The notes beneath the pieces were generated by a model. That model worked only from the letters and a program-made list of their open reading frames with translations. It had not been told where the DNA came from and ran no database searches. Shown piece after piece: positions 44,281 to 54,097 of a DNA stretch of 64,000 bases; within the stretch, counting starts at the first letter, position 1, and every line of letters starts with the position of its first letter. This DNA is from Variibacter sp. Lineage in GTDB: Bacteria; Pseudomonadota; Alphaproteobacteria; Rhizobiales; Xanthobacteraceae. The position numbers and the translations under genes are program-made. The stretch lies in NCBI GenBank assembly GCA_050187875.1, contig JBFWXB010000020.1, forward strand, positions 9,872 to 73,871, given 5' to 3'.

Positions 44281-45598
44281 CCTTCGTCATTCTGGCTGTT
44301 TGCGGGGATCGCGTCACGGCGGCGACGCCGAGAAGGAACCACGCCAAGCTCGCCGTCTTGATCGTGAACGCAGAGTTGCTCACGCACAAGATCGTGCCGA
44401 TGTAGAGTGCCATCAGATTACGCATCACGTAATATTGCCGGTCGATGCCCTTCACCGCGAAGAACACACCCCACAAGCCGGCGAGGCCGAAAAGGCCGAC
44501 GAAGCTGATGATGTAGGCGTATCCGGAATCGAACGCCTGCATTTTCGAGGGGCGTAGCGCAAACCACGTCAGCGGGTCGAAATCGGCGAGGATCTGCGCC
44601 GAGAGGACGAAGCGGCCGACGAAGCCGTTATCGACGTAGCGGTTCTGCGGGTCATAGCTGCCGGTTACGACCGCCGGCACCAGGATCAAGACGATCAGCG
44701 CGACAAGCGGGATGCTGAGCATCCCGGCGTTCGCGATTCCTAAGGGAAGTAACATCACGGCCAACGCCAGCACGCAGAGATAGGCGCCGAAGCGGCTGTC
44801 GGAGAGCACGATCAGCACGAACGCGGTCACGAACAGACCGATTTGATACTTGTCGCCGAACTTGGAGCGCACCATGGCCCACAGCGCGACGATGACGCCG
44901 AAATTGCCGAGCGAAACCGGCTCCAAGAACACGGAGGAGACGCGGTGATCGCCGAGAAAGGGGAAAAGATTGCGGCCGCCCTGGGGACCGCCCGTCGGCC
45001 GCATGCCACTGATGAACAGGTCTGCGGACTGCAGCGCCTGCTTCGCCTCCATCGTGCCGCGCGCGATGTAATATTTCGCGACGCTGAAATATTTCACGAA
45101 CTCGTCGAGCGCGAAATACTCGAAGAGCGCGAAGACGAGAACGACCGCGATGGTGACGCGCACGATGAAATCCGCGGTCTTCAAGTCCGCAACGCGCTGG
45201 CCGAGCATGAAGAAGGCGACCGGGATGATCAGGTCGCGCGCGATCTTGATGTCGAACGTATCGTCGGTCGCAAAAACGACACGCAGCGCCGAGAGCGTCA
45301 ACGTCCAAAGAATGATGCAAGCGAGCAGCAACAGATGTTCGTGCCGCAACTCGCCATAGGCATAGAGAAACGTCAGCGAGATGATGAGCACCTCGCAACC
45401 GATGACATGCAGGTTGCTGACGCTCATGAAGCCGGTGTTGAGGAAGCAGAGCGCCATGTTGAATGTGACGGCGCCCAGAACGAGGGCGAGCGCGATCCAG
45501 CGCTGGAGCCTGTCTGCTCGCGCCGGTGAGTGCGCTACGGGGATCGCTCCGCGCATCGGCCGCGGCCCGGAGGGAAATGCCGCGCCGCGAAGCGTCAC
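44225..45598 (-). CDS. Polytopic membrane protein, probable polysaccharide polymerase (Wzy/O-antigen-ligase-like; GumE/ExoQ role)
   Basis: 457 aa with 10 or more hydrophobic segments and one larger loop. The GTG start overlaps the GH5 stop (GTGA). The call rests on topology and context only. Confidence 0.5.
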   Translation of the reverse strand: MTLRGAAFPSGPRPMRGAIPVAHSPARADRLQRWIALALVLGAVTFNMALCFLNTGFMSVSNLHVIGCEVLIISLTFLYAYGELRHEHLLLLACIILWTLTLSALRVVFATDDTFDIKIARDLIIPVAFFMLGQRVADLKTADFIVRVTIAVVLVFALFEYFALDEFVKYFSVAKYYIARGTMEAKQALQSADLFISGMRPTGGPQGGRNLFPFLGDHRVSSVFLEPVSLGNFGVIVALWAMVRSKFGDKYQIGLFVTAFVLIVLSDSRFGAYLCVLALAVMLLPLGIANAGMLSIPLVALIVLILVPAVVTGSYDPQNRYVDNGFVGRFVLSAQILADFDPLTWFALRPSKMQAFDSGYAYIISFVGLFGLAGLWGVFFAVKGIDRQYYVMRNLMALYIGTILCVSNSAFTIKTASLAWFLLGVAAVTRSPQTARMTKVSRPPPALAVAPAPARRR

Positions 45599-46686
45599 CG
45601 AGCGCTCCCCTGCGCCGGCTGAGGGCGCTGGCCGGTATTCGGCGCCGCGCCACGCGAGCGCGTGGCCGTGAGGTGCTTGAGCAATGTCTGCATTTGCGGC
45701 GGATCAACGCCATCGACCGGCTGCACGCTGGTGAAATAGCTGCGCGGCCAAGGCCCCGCCGCCCAATAGGTCCATCCGATCCACACATCGGCATTGTCCG
45801 CCATGAAGGCGAGCATGCCGTCAAGCGCTGCGAGGCAAGTCGCATCGCTTCCCGCGCCGAACTCGCCGAGGAACGCGCGGCGATGCTGCTGGCGCAGCCA
45901 TTGCGTCGCGCCGGCAAGCGTGTCGGCGCCGACCGTCGCGCTTTTGCAGTTGGGCTTCGTCCCGGAATAGTTGCCGTCGAGATATTGATGCATCTCATAG
46001 GCGAAATTGTTGGCCGGGTCGGAGACGCGCGCCATCGCCTCCGCGTTCGGCGTCCCGTAGCTGCGGCTCGCCCAGCTATGCGCGCCCGTCCACCCATTGC
46101 CGGGGACGAGGATGAGGTTGCGCGCGCCCGCCTGGCGAATGGCCGCGATCGCTTTGTTCGCAGCATCGAGCCATGTCTCGGTCGCAAGCCCCTTCGGCTC
46201 GTTCATCAGGCCGAAAATGACCTTTTGGTTGTTCTTGTAGTGGGCTGCCAGGCGCTTCCAGAGGTCAGCCAGCGCGTCGGGCGGAACCTCCGGCGTGCCG
46301 ATCGGCCGGCGCATGAACGCGGCATAATTGTGCACGTCGAGAATGACGGTCGCGCCCTTCGCTGTCGCGTAACTGACGACATCATCGAGAAGTTTCAGCT
46401 CGCCGGAATCGAGCTCGCCGTAGAGCGCATGCTGCACGCGCTCCCAGCGGAAGGGAATCCGCAGCGTGCGCAAGCCCTTGCCGATGAAGTGGTCCATCGT
46501 CGCATGCGAGGGATAGAAATAATCGGTGCCGTGCTTGCCTGGCACATTCTTGCCGAACTCCGCGCCAGCGATGTTCACGCCCGTCATGAACGGCCCGTGT
46601 GCCGGCTGACTTCTCGGCGTGGCGCTGATCGAAGCGACCGCACTGAGCAGAATCGCGACAAGAAGAAGGCAAATTGTTTTCGACAC
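45595..46686 (-). CDS. Glycoside hydrolase family 5 endo-beta-1,4-glucanase (secreted)
   Basis: Signal peptide MSKTICLLLVAILLSAVASISA. Motifs RIPFRWERV, ILDVHNYA, FGLMNEP (acid/base Glu) and LGEFG (nucleophile Glu). Confidence 0.85.
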   Translation of the reverse strand: MSKTICLLLVAILLSAVASISATPRSQPAHGPFMTGVNIAGAEFGKNVPGKHGTDYFYPSHATMDHFIGKGLRTLRIPFRWERVQHALYGELDSGELKLLDDVVSYATAKGATVILDVHNYAAFMRRPIGTPEVPPDALADLWKRLAAHYKNNQKVIFGLMNEPKGLATETWLDAANKAIAAIRQAGARNLILVPGNGWTGAHSWASRSYGTPNAEAMARVSDPANNFAYEMHQYLDGNYSGTKPNCKSATVGADTLAGATQWLRQQHRRAFLGEFGAGSDATCLAALDGMLAFMADNADVWIGWTYWAAGPWPRSYFTSVQPVDGVDPPQMQTLLKHLTATRSRGAAPNTGQRPQPAQGSAR

Positions 46687-47063
46687 GCGCGACCTTGAGA
46701 TTCAAATCAGAACAGTCGAAGCGCAAAGCGCCGGAATGCATCCGCTCCTTGCATCGAGTTTACGAATGCGCGCCGTCTCTAGCCGCGCGATACGACCTCA
46801 CAATGACTCAAGCGGGGCGTCATCGTGACGATACCGTTTGTAATTTAAGTTGAACGCGACGATCCGGCACTGCTCTGCGCGTGCGCAATGTGACGATTGT
46901 TTGCGCATCATGCGGCGAGAGTTTGCGCAGCACCTATGCGCTGCGCTGCGGCATTGACCATCGTTTTTTCGCATTTGTGAGAGAGCGTGCGCTCGCGCTC
47001 ATCATCATGCGTGATGCACGCACAGACCAAATATCCCGCAAACAATAACAGGCGCCGCCGCGC

Positions 47064-48923
47064 ATGCGAATCGTCCACGTGGTCCGGCAATTCCATCCTG
47101 CTGTCGGTGGAATGGAAGAGGTCGTCGGCGAGCTCGCGGCGACGCAGGCCAAAGCCGGACACGCGATCCGCGTCGTCACGCTCAATCGCATCTTCAAGGA
47201 ACACGGCACACTTGCGGAGCGCGAAACGCTCGGCGATGTCGAGATCGTGCGCGTGCCCTTTATCGGCTCGACGCGCTATCCGATCGCCTGGCAGGTGATC
47301 CGGCATATCAAGGATGCCGACATCGTGCATGTCCACGGCATCGATTTTCTTTTCGACTATCTCGCCTGGACCGCGCCGCTGCATCGGCGCAAGCTCGTCG
47401 TATCGACGCATGGCGCGTTCTTTCATACGCGCTATGCGGCGGCGCTCAAACGGCTCTATTTCCCGACCGCAACGCGCTTTTCGCTCAGCCGCTATGTCGG
47501 CGTGGCCGCCGTTAGCGCGGCGGACGAGGAGCTGTTCTCGACGATCCGTCCGCGCGGCATGTCGCTGATCGAGAACGGCGTCAACATCACGAAATTTGCC
47601 GACGCTTCGTCCCGGGTGCCGCGCAAGGCGATGATCACGCTTGGCCGCTTCTCCATCAACAAGCGGCTCGACCGCGCGATCGCATTCCTTGCGGCGCTCC
47701 GCCGCACCGATCCTGAATGGACGTTGACGATCGCGGGACGCGCCGCCGATCTCGACGCGGGGGACCTGCAACGCCTCGCGGCCGAAGCCGGCGTCGCCGA
47801 TGCCGTCACCGTCGTTTCGTCGCCGTCGACCGACGACATTCGGGCGCTGATCAGCGAATGCTCGGTCTTTGTCAGCGCGTCCGATTATGAAGGTTTTGGG
47901 CTTGCGGCGGTGGAAAGCATGTCCGCCGGGCTCTTTCCGCTTCTGAGCGACATCCCGCCATTCCGCAAGCTGGTCGACACGACCGGCGTCGGCCTCACCC
48001 TCGATTTTTCCGACAGCACGGCCGCGGCGGCCGCGTTTCGCGCACGGTGGGACGAGATTACGAAGTCCTATCCCGCCAATCGCGACGCGGCCATCGCCGC
48101 GAGCGGGGCCTATGGCTGGCCGCGCGTCACCGCGCAATACGAAACACTTTACGAATCTGTGCGCGGCACCAAGGTGCGCGCCATTCTCGACGTTCCGGTC
48201 GACGTGCGGACATTCTCGGAAGCGACGGTCATGCTCGACCGCCGCGCACGCGACGACAGCCCGGACATGGTCATCTTCGCCAACGCGCACACGCTCAACC
48301 ACGCCAGTGTGGATGTGCGCACGCGCGAGGCGCTGAAGAAATCCATCGTCTTCAATGACGGTGTCGGCCTCGATATCGCGAGCCGGCTGCTGTTCGGACA
48401 GCGCTTTCCCGAGAATCTGAACGGAACGGATTTCGTGCCCGCGTATCTTGCGCAGACACGCAACCGCTACCGTATCTTCCTTCTCGGCGGGCGGCCCGGC
48501 ATCGCCGAGCGCGCGGCCGAGCGCCTCGCACGCATCGCGCCGCATCATACCGTCGTTGGAACCAACCACGGCTATCTGTCGCCCGCCGAAACGTCGGACG
48601 TGATCGCGCGCATCCGTTCCACGCGTGCCGATGTCCTGCTGATCGGGCTTGGCGATCCCAAGCAGGAGCTATGGCTGACCGAACATCTCGCGCAAACCGG
48701 CTGCAAGCTCGGCCTCGGCGTCGGCGCGTTGTTCGACTTCATGGCGGAAGTGGTGCCGCGCGCGCCGGCGTGGGTGCGCAAAGCACGGCTCGAATGGGTC
48801 TATCGCATGGCGCAGGAACCGGGCCGTCTCTGGCGCCGTTATCTCGTCGGCATGCCGATCTTCCTCTTCCGCGTGGCGCGCCAATGGGTGACCGGCGCGC
48901 GCGTCTCGAACGTGCTGGAGTGA
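47064..48923 (+). CDS. Bifunctional glycosyltransferase: N-terminal GT4 domain fused to C-terminal WecB/TagA/CpsF (GT26) domain
   Basis: 619 aa. The GT4 part (about 47064-48170) has MRIVHVVRQFHPAVGGME and the EX7E motif EGFGLAAVESMSAG. The GT26 part (about 48180-48923) has FANAHTLN, GVGLDIASRLLFG, LLIGLGDPKQELW and APAWVRKARLEWVYRMAQEPGRLWRRY. Confidence 0.85.
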   Translation: MRIVHVVRQFHPAVGGMEEVVGELAATQAKAGHAIRVVTLNRIFKEHGTLAERETLGDVEIVRVPFIGSTRYPIAWQVIRHIKDADIVHVHGIDFLFDYLAWTAPLHRRKLVVSTHGAFFHTRYAAALKRLYFPTATRFSLSRYVGVAAVSAADEELFSTIRPRGMSLIENGVNITKFADASSRVPRKAMITLGRFSINKRLDRAIAFLAALRRTDPEWTLTIAGRAADLDAGDLQRLAAEAGVADAVTVVSSPSTDDIRALISECSVFVSASDYEGFGLAAVESMSAGLFPLLSDIPPFRKLVDTTGVGLTLDFSDSTAAAAAFRARWDEITKSYPANRDAAIAASGAYGWPRVTAQYETLYESVRGTKVRAILDVPVDVRTFSEATVMLDRRARDDSPDMVIFANAHTLNHASVDVRTREALKKSIVFNDGVGLDIASRLLFGQRFPENLNGTDFVPAYLAQTRNRYRIFLLGGRPGIAERAAERLARIAPHHTVVGTNHGYLSPAETSDVIARIRSTRADVLLIGLGDPKQELWLTEHLAQTGCKLGLGVGALFDFMAEVVPRAPAWVRKARLEWVYRMAQEPGRLWRRYLVGMPIFLFRVARQWVTGARVSNVLE

Positions 48924-50311
48924 CCGTGACGCCGCTCGACTCCAGCGTATTGCGCACGGCGACCGGGCTGGCGCGCTTCCGCCATCGCGCAGCGGTGAAC
49001 AATCTGCTGACGATGGCGCGGCGCTGGCGTGCGCGCCTCATGTTCGCCGTGTTCGACCAGGGCGCGGCGAGCACCGCGAATTTCCTGCAGACCATCCTTT
49101 ATGCGGTCTGGCTGCCGCTCGACGATTTCGGGCGCTACGTGATCGTCTGGTCGATCTCGCTGCTCGTCGAGAACGCGCAAGTCTCGGTGATCATGGACAC
49201 GATGCCCGCCGTCGTGAGCCGTTTCGGCCAGCGCAACCGGCAGCGCCTCGACAGCGCCGGCGCCTGGATCGTCATGATCTATGGCGCGCTCGTGAGCCTC
49301 CTCATCCTCGCCGCGCTGCCGTTCGTCGCGCTCTTCGCGCCTGCTTTCGTGCTTCCGCTTCTGTGCCTTGCCGCGGCCAATCCGTCCCAGCGTCTCTATA
49401 TCTTCCTGCGGCGGCTTTGCTATATCCGCGACCGGCAGGATATCGCCGCCACGGGATCATTCTTCTACGCCTTGACGCTGCTCGGCGGCGCGTTCGCGCT
49501 CCTGAAGCTCGGCCTTCTTTCCGTCGAAGCGGCGATCCTGCTATGGGGCCTCGCGAACCTCGTCGCGGTGGTCGCGATCCGGCTCATGGGTGTTGTCTGC
49601 TTCCGCGCGACACGGCGCGTCGTCATCGTGTGGCTCGCGCGCAAGCTGTGGGTCTCCGGCCGGTGGCTTGGCGGCGCGGCGATCGGCTTCTGGATCAGCA
49701 CCTGGGGCCTGTTTCCGATCATCGCCGCCATGGCCGGCACCGAGGTGGCCGGCATCGTGCGCGCGCTGCAGAACCTGTTTACGCCGATCGTCCAGTTCAA
49801 CGCGGCGATCAATCTCGCGATCCTGCCGCGCGTCGCGGACAAGATCGTCGCCGTCGGGCCTCATTATGCCCGCAAGTTCGCCCTCTACGCGACCGCGGCG
49901 TTCACCGCGAGCGTCGTCTTCTATGGCGCGCTCGTCATGATCGAATCGAAACCGTTGCTCGCCCTCATCTATCGCAAGCCCGAGATTGCCGACGCGGCCT
50001 ATCTTCTCTGGCCGCTCGGGCTCGCCATGATCCTGGAGTCGTCCCGGCAAGGTTCGTCGATCGCGCTGCTCGCGATGAGCCGGACGCAGATGTTCTTCTG
50101 GTCCCGCGTCGTCGGCATCAGCGCCTTCCTTCTGAGCGCGTTGCTGCTCGGCCATGCGATGGGCGCCGACGGCATTCTCTGGGCCAATGTGATCGCGCAG
50201 GCGATCGGCACCAGCGTCCTGATGATCGAAGCCGCACGAATTCACTCGCCGCAGACGGCGGAACACGACATCGCCGCGGGGCGCCTGCTCGAACGTAAAG
50301 TCAACGCATGA
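48920..50311 (+). CDS. Wzx-like oligosaccharide flippase (MOP superfamily)
   Basis: ORF 48671-50311 trimmed to GTG 48920, which overlaps the upstream TGA (48926 is also possible). About 463 aa and 12 or more TM segments. The upstream part of the ORF is a shadow frame over the GT gene. Confidence 0.6.
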   Translation: MTVTPLDSSVLRTATGLARFRHRAAVNNLLTMARRWRARLMFAVFDQGAASTANFLQTILYAVWLPLDDFGRYVIVWSISLLVENAQVSVIMDTMPAVVSRFGQRNRQRLDSAGAWIVMIYGALVSLLILAALPFVALFAPAFVLPLLCLAAANPSQRLYIFLRRLCYIRDRQDIAATGSFFYALTLLGGAFALLKLGLLSVEAAILLWGLANLVAVVAIRLMGVVCFRATRRVVIVWLARKLWVSGRWLGGAAIGFWISTWGLFPIIAAMAGTEVAGIVRALQNLFTPIVQFNAAINLAILPRVADKIVAVGPHYARKFALYATAAFTASVVFYGALVMIESKPLLALIYRKPEIADAAYLLWPLGLAMILESSRQGSSIALLAMSRTQMFFWSRVVGISAFLLSALLLGHAMGADGILWANVIAQAIGTSVLMIEAARIHSPQTAEHDIAAGRLLERKVNA

Positions 50312-50333
50312 TCATCGATCGAGGTGAACGACA

Positions 50334-50978
50334 ATGAACGTGAAGTATCAGCTCAAACGAATGGCGCGCCACGCGCTGGTGCCTCTCCTCTACCGCTATC
50401 CGCCATTCGCGCTCACGCCCGAGCGGCTCTATCTGTTCCTGCATCACCTCGTCGAGACGAAGGATGTTCCCGGCGCCGTCATCGAGATCGGCTGCAACCT
50501 CGGCGGCACCGCCGTCATCGCCAAGCAGATGATGGACCGGCTCGGTATCGACAAGCCTTACATCTGCATCGACACGTTCGACGGCTTCATCGAGGAGCAG
50601 TTCGCAGCCGACGTCGCGCTCGGAACCCCCGCCGGCGATGAGACGATGTTCTCCGGAAATTCCAAGGAGCTGGTGGCAAAGATCATGAAGCGCCACCGCG
50701 CCGGCGACATCGCGCTCGTCCAGGGCGATGTGATGCAGATCCCCGATCGTCTGCTGCCGGATCAATGCTCCGTCGTGCTGCTCGACGTCGACCTCACGGA
50801 GCCGAGCTATGTCGCGCTCAACCGCTTCTGGCCGCGGCTGATGCCGGGCGGCGCGATCCTCGTCGACGATTGCCAGGAGTCCTGCTCGTGGAAGGCGCGG
50901 CTCGGCTACAGCCGCTTCTGCGAAGAGAATGGCATCGCGCAAGAATATCGCTACGGCATGGGGCTGCTGTATCGGTGA
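50334..50978 (+). CDS. Class I SAM-dependent methyltransferase, TylF/macrocin-O-methyltransferase-like
   Basis: 214 aa. SAM motif GAVIEIGCNLGGTA and VLLDVDLTEPSYVALNRFWPRLMPGGAILVDD, which matches the TylF-type D-x-D ... GG-x-DD pattern. Confidence 0.7.
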   Translation: MNVKYQLKRMARHALVPLLYRYPPFALTPERLYLFLHHLVETKDVPGAVIEIGCNLGGTAVIAKQMMDRLGIDKPYICIDTFDGFIEEQFAADVALGTPAGDETMFSGNSKELVAKIMKRHRAGDIALVQGDVMQIPDRLLPDQCSVVLLDVDLTEPSYVALNRFWPRLMPGGAILVDDCQESCSWKARLGYSRFCEENGIAQEYRYGMGLLYR

Positions 50979-50984
50979 TCCGCC

Positions 50985-52025
50985 CTACGCGGCGAGCGCG
51001 TGCCGCAACGCGCCGACCGCGTCCTGCAGGCGTGCGATACGGTCGGCAAGGATACGGTCGTCGCTAAGGAAGGGACGGCTGCGGCTGGCTGCACGCAGCG
51101 CCTCCGCCGCACGCGGGAGCGTCACAGGATCGAGCACGCGTGACGCTTTCTGCACCACGGATCGTATCGGCTTCTTCTGCACGACCGATCGCAGCGAACC
51201 TTTCATCTTTCGGCGCGCCGCCGGTGCACGAACAGCGGCCGCGCCGTAACGCTCGTGGAAATCGCGAATGAGATCGTCGGTGTCGTCACCATCGGCGGCG
51301 CTGCGGTGGAATTCCTGCGGCTCGGCGAGCCGGATCTTGCGATGCTTGACGACCTCCCACCCCGAACTCGGCGGCAAGGTGATCGGCCGATATTCGAGAC
51401 CGAGCGACCGCGTCCAGTCGATCCATTTGAACGGCGGAATGGCAGGGGACGATACGACCGGCACCCATGGGATGCGCAGCGTATCCGCAACGATGGCGCC
51501 ATGCATCGCTTCGGTTACGACGAGACGCGCCCGGCCGAGTGCGCGCAGGACCTTTTGCGGTGGCCAATGCGGATCGACGAAGACGAGATCGGCGAGCTCG
51601 CACGCCTCCTTCCAGCGGCTGAGCGCGATCGAGTTGTAGTGCGGAAAGAAAACGACATCGCGCGGCGTGCGCGCCGGCAGGAGCCGCGGCGTGGTCGCGA
51701 GCAGAGCCGCGCCGTCGGTCACCGTCGTTTCCGGCCGGCCGATCAGCTTTGCCGAGAGAGGCCCGCGCATGGCGAGGACCGACCAGCCCTTGTTGGGCCA
51801 GAGCTTCGGCAGCGGCCCTGTGCCGGCGCCGCTTCCAAGCACGAACACGCGCTTGTTCCGCGTCGCCTGCTCGGTGAGGAATTCGTCGCGGAAGATCGAG
51901 CCGATACCGAGCAGCACGCTGTCGTCCGCCTCGAAGCATGACGGCGGCAGCAACTCGCGCCAGATAATCGTGTTGAGATCGTCGCCGAAATTTCCGGATG
52001 GGCTCTGATAGTAGATGATGTCCAT
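50985..52025 (-). CDS. Polysaccharide pyruvyl transferase (ExoV/GumL-type ketal transferase)
   Basis: 346 aa. N-terminal MDIIYYQSPSGNFGDDLNTIIW matches the NFGD-x-LN hallmark of the family. Confidence 0.75.
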   Translation of the reverse strand: MDIIYYQSPSGNFGDDLNTIIWRELLPPSCFEADDSVLLGIGSIFRDEFLTEQATRNKRVFVLGSGAGTGPLPKLWPNKGWSVLAMRGPLSAKLIGRPETTVTDGAALLATTPRLLPARTPRDVVFFPHYNSIALSRWKEACELADLVFVDPHWPPQKVLRALGRARLVVTEAMHGAIVADTLRIPWVPVVSSPAIPPFKWIDWTRSLGLEYRPITLPPSSGWEVVKHRKIRLAEPQEFHRSAADGDDTDDLIRDFHERYGAAAVRAPAARRKMKGSLRSVVQKKPIRSVVQKASRVLDPVTLPRAAEALRAASRSRPFLSDDRILADRIARLQDAVGALRHALAA

Positions 52026-52049
52026 ACGGTGCTGGGGTCCCTTTTGTTC

Positions 52050-52874
52050 TTACGCCGTGGGCACGAAGACGACGAAGCAGCGATCGCTCGGAAGCTTTGC
52101 CGCGTCCGTGAGCGGAGCGAATTCGAGGCCGTCTTCAGGGCAGAGGTAGCAATCGAAATCGACCGGCGGAAAGAACTGCAACACATCGCGATTGCACGCG
52201 TGATAACGCGACAGCGTCGTGTCTCCGTGCAGCTCGATGAACCACGTGCAGCGGCGCGCGATGGTTTGTGTCGCGCCCTTGAGCGCCTCGATCTCGAAAC
52301 CTTCGATGTCCATGTAAACGACGGCCGGCGGCCCGGCGCGACGAGCGAGCTCATCGACGGTCAGCGCATCGACCAGCGCCTTGCCGACCTCGTTCTCCCC
52401 GTCGGCGGCACGGCTGGCGTTGAAGCTCGAGACGACCCGTCCCTTCCCGGCAAGCCCCGAGACCAGGCCGTGGATGACCTCGACATTCGTCACGGCATTG
52501 ACTTCGATGTTGCGCCGCGCGATCGCCGCGTTATGCGCATTGGCCTCCACCGCGATTACTTGGCCACCCGGCTCGACCAGCTTTCCGAGAATCATCGCGA
52601 TGAGGCATTGATGCGCGCCAAGATCGAAGACGCGCGCGCCGCACGTCAGTCCGTGGTTCGCCAGGAACTCGATCTCCGGCGGCAGATCCCAGTCCTTATC
52701 GTACCACTCCTTGGCGATGCGGTCGTGGATGTTCATCTGCAACTGATAGGGCCCGTAGCGATGCGAGACGACATGCTTGGGAAAGGTCCAGATGTCGAAG
52801 CGGTACTTCGCGGCCTTGAGCGCGTCGGCAACGGGGACCGGCAAATACTTCTTGGCTGAGGTGCGTATGTCCAT
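52050..52874 (-). CDS. FkbM family methyltransferase
   Basis: ORF 52050-52889 (TTG) trimmed to ATG 52874 (GAGGAA upstream). Motifs VFDLGAHQCLIAMILG, VIAVEANAHNAAIARRNI and YMDIEGFEIEALKGA. Confidence 0.8.
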   Translation of the reverse strand: MDIRTSAKKYLPVPVADALKAAKYRFDIWTFPKHVVSHRYGPYQLQMNIHDRIAKEWYDKDWDLPPEIEFLANHGLTCGARVFDLGAHQCLIAMILGKLVEPGGQVIAVEANAHNAAIARRNIEVNAVTNVEVIHGLVSGLAGKGRVVSSFNASRAADGENEVGKALVDALTVDELARRAGPPAVVYMDIEGFEIEALKGATQTIARRCTWFIELHGDTTLSRYHACNRDVLQFFPPVDFDCYLCPEDGLEFAPLTDAAKLPSDRCFVVFVPTA

Positions 52875-52885
52875 TGTCGGTTTCC

Positions 52886-54097
52886 TCAAAGGCGTGTGTC
52901 ATTGAAAGCGCGCGGGTTGACGAGGCGCTGCGCGACGTCGTCCCAGGCGAGAAAAGGACGCGGCGAAAACGGGCCGCTCGCCTTCGCCGCCGCGAAGGCC
53001 TGAGCGATCGAGCCATAGTCGCCCGGCACATAGCCGAAACGATGGTCGCGCTCGCCCGCGGCGAAATCCGGACAGACCGCCGGAATGCCGAGATATTCGT
53101 ATTGCATCAGCTTCATGCTGGTGTCGCAGAGATAGTCGCAGCCGGGCGCGGCACGATACGGCGCGATGCCAATACTGGCGTGGCGGAGGAAGGGGATCGT
53201 CTCCTTGAACGGCATCTCGTCATAGAGCCGCACATTCGCCGGCACGTCGAAGCGCGTGCCCGCACCGATGACATGAAAGCGGATGTCGGGATGCGCCTTC
53301 GCGGCATAGAGGAGCGCCTGCGGATCGAACAGCATCGAGCCAACGGACACGGCATTGAGCGGCGCGTCGTAGGGGTTTCCCCCTTCGCCGTCCATGAAGT
53401 CCGCGACGTCGAGACCATGCGGTACATGAAACAGCCGGTCCGCCGCCCAGGCGAAATTCTTCGCCATGCGCGGCGACGGCAGGCAGACGTGATCGAGCTT
53501 CGCGACCGTGGCCTCCAGCGACGTCTGTACGAACGGGTGCACGCCGACGGTCGCAAGCTCATCGGAGGCGAGATAAGAGATAATCGCAGCCGGGCTCAGC
53601 GCGCGGATGCGCTCGATCAACATCGCGCCCAACCCCGATTCCACGACCACCACCGTCGCGTCGCGCAGAAGCGCATCGAGCTGCCGGCTCGGCAGACGGG
53701 CATAGAGGCGGTAGGCGAAGGCGGAATGCCGGTCGATCATCGCAATCCGGGTATGGATCGGATGGAACGGCGTGCGCCACAAATAGCAGCCGATGCCGTT
53801 TTGAAACTCCAGCGCATTGGCGCGATGCCAGAGGAACGTGCGGGAATCGCCCTTTAGTCGCGACAACGGGCTGAAGCGTAGCGACACAAACGTGACGTCC
53901 CAGCCGAGACGCAAGAAGGCGTCGGCGATCGGATGCATGTTCGCGCGCCGCTTGGTGCGATAATCATGCTCAGAGACAATGACGGCGCGGCGCGGCTCCG
54001 AGACGGCCGGCGGCGCTTTTCCCACGGCGACGTCGACCTGTACGGGCATACCGGTTTGAATCCGGCGTGAGCCGATTTGCACGGCGACACTCATCAC
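52886..54097 (-). CDS. GT-B glycosyltransferase, GumK (GT70 glucuronosyltransferase)-like
   Basis: 403 aa. The N-terminal segment VIVSEHDYRTKRRANMHPIADAFLRLGWDVTFVSLRFSPLSRLKGD matches my recollection of the GumK N-terminal domain. The start (GTG 54097 or ATG 54094) overlaps the upstream stop. Confidence 0.6.
   Translation of the reverse strand: MMSVAVQIGSRRIQTGMPVQVDVAVGKAPPAVSEPRRAVIVSEHDYRTKRRANMHPIADAFLRLGWDVTFVSLRFSPLSRLKGDSRTFLWHRANALEFQNGIGCYLWRTPFHPIHTRIAMIDRHSAFAYRLYARLPSRQLDALLRDATVVVVESGLGAMLIERIRALSPAAIISYLASDELATVGVHPFVQTSLEATVAKLDHVCLPSPRMAKNFAWAADRLFHVPHGLDVADFMDGEGGNPYDAPLNAVSVGSMLFDPQALLYAAKAHPDIRFHVIGAGTRFDVPANVRLYDEMPFKETIPFLRHASIGIAPYRAAPGCDYLCDTSMKLMQYEYLGIPAVCPDFAAGERDHRFGYVPGDYGSIAQAFAAAKASGPFSPRPFLAWDDVAQRLVNPRAFNDTRL

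Noticed and set aside
46908-48569. 553-aa minus-strand ORF opposite the GT4-GT26 gene, and 55146-56627 (+) opposite wzc
   Set aside because: They are shadow ORFs. The sense frames carry the EX7E, GT26 and Walker motifs.
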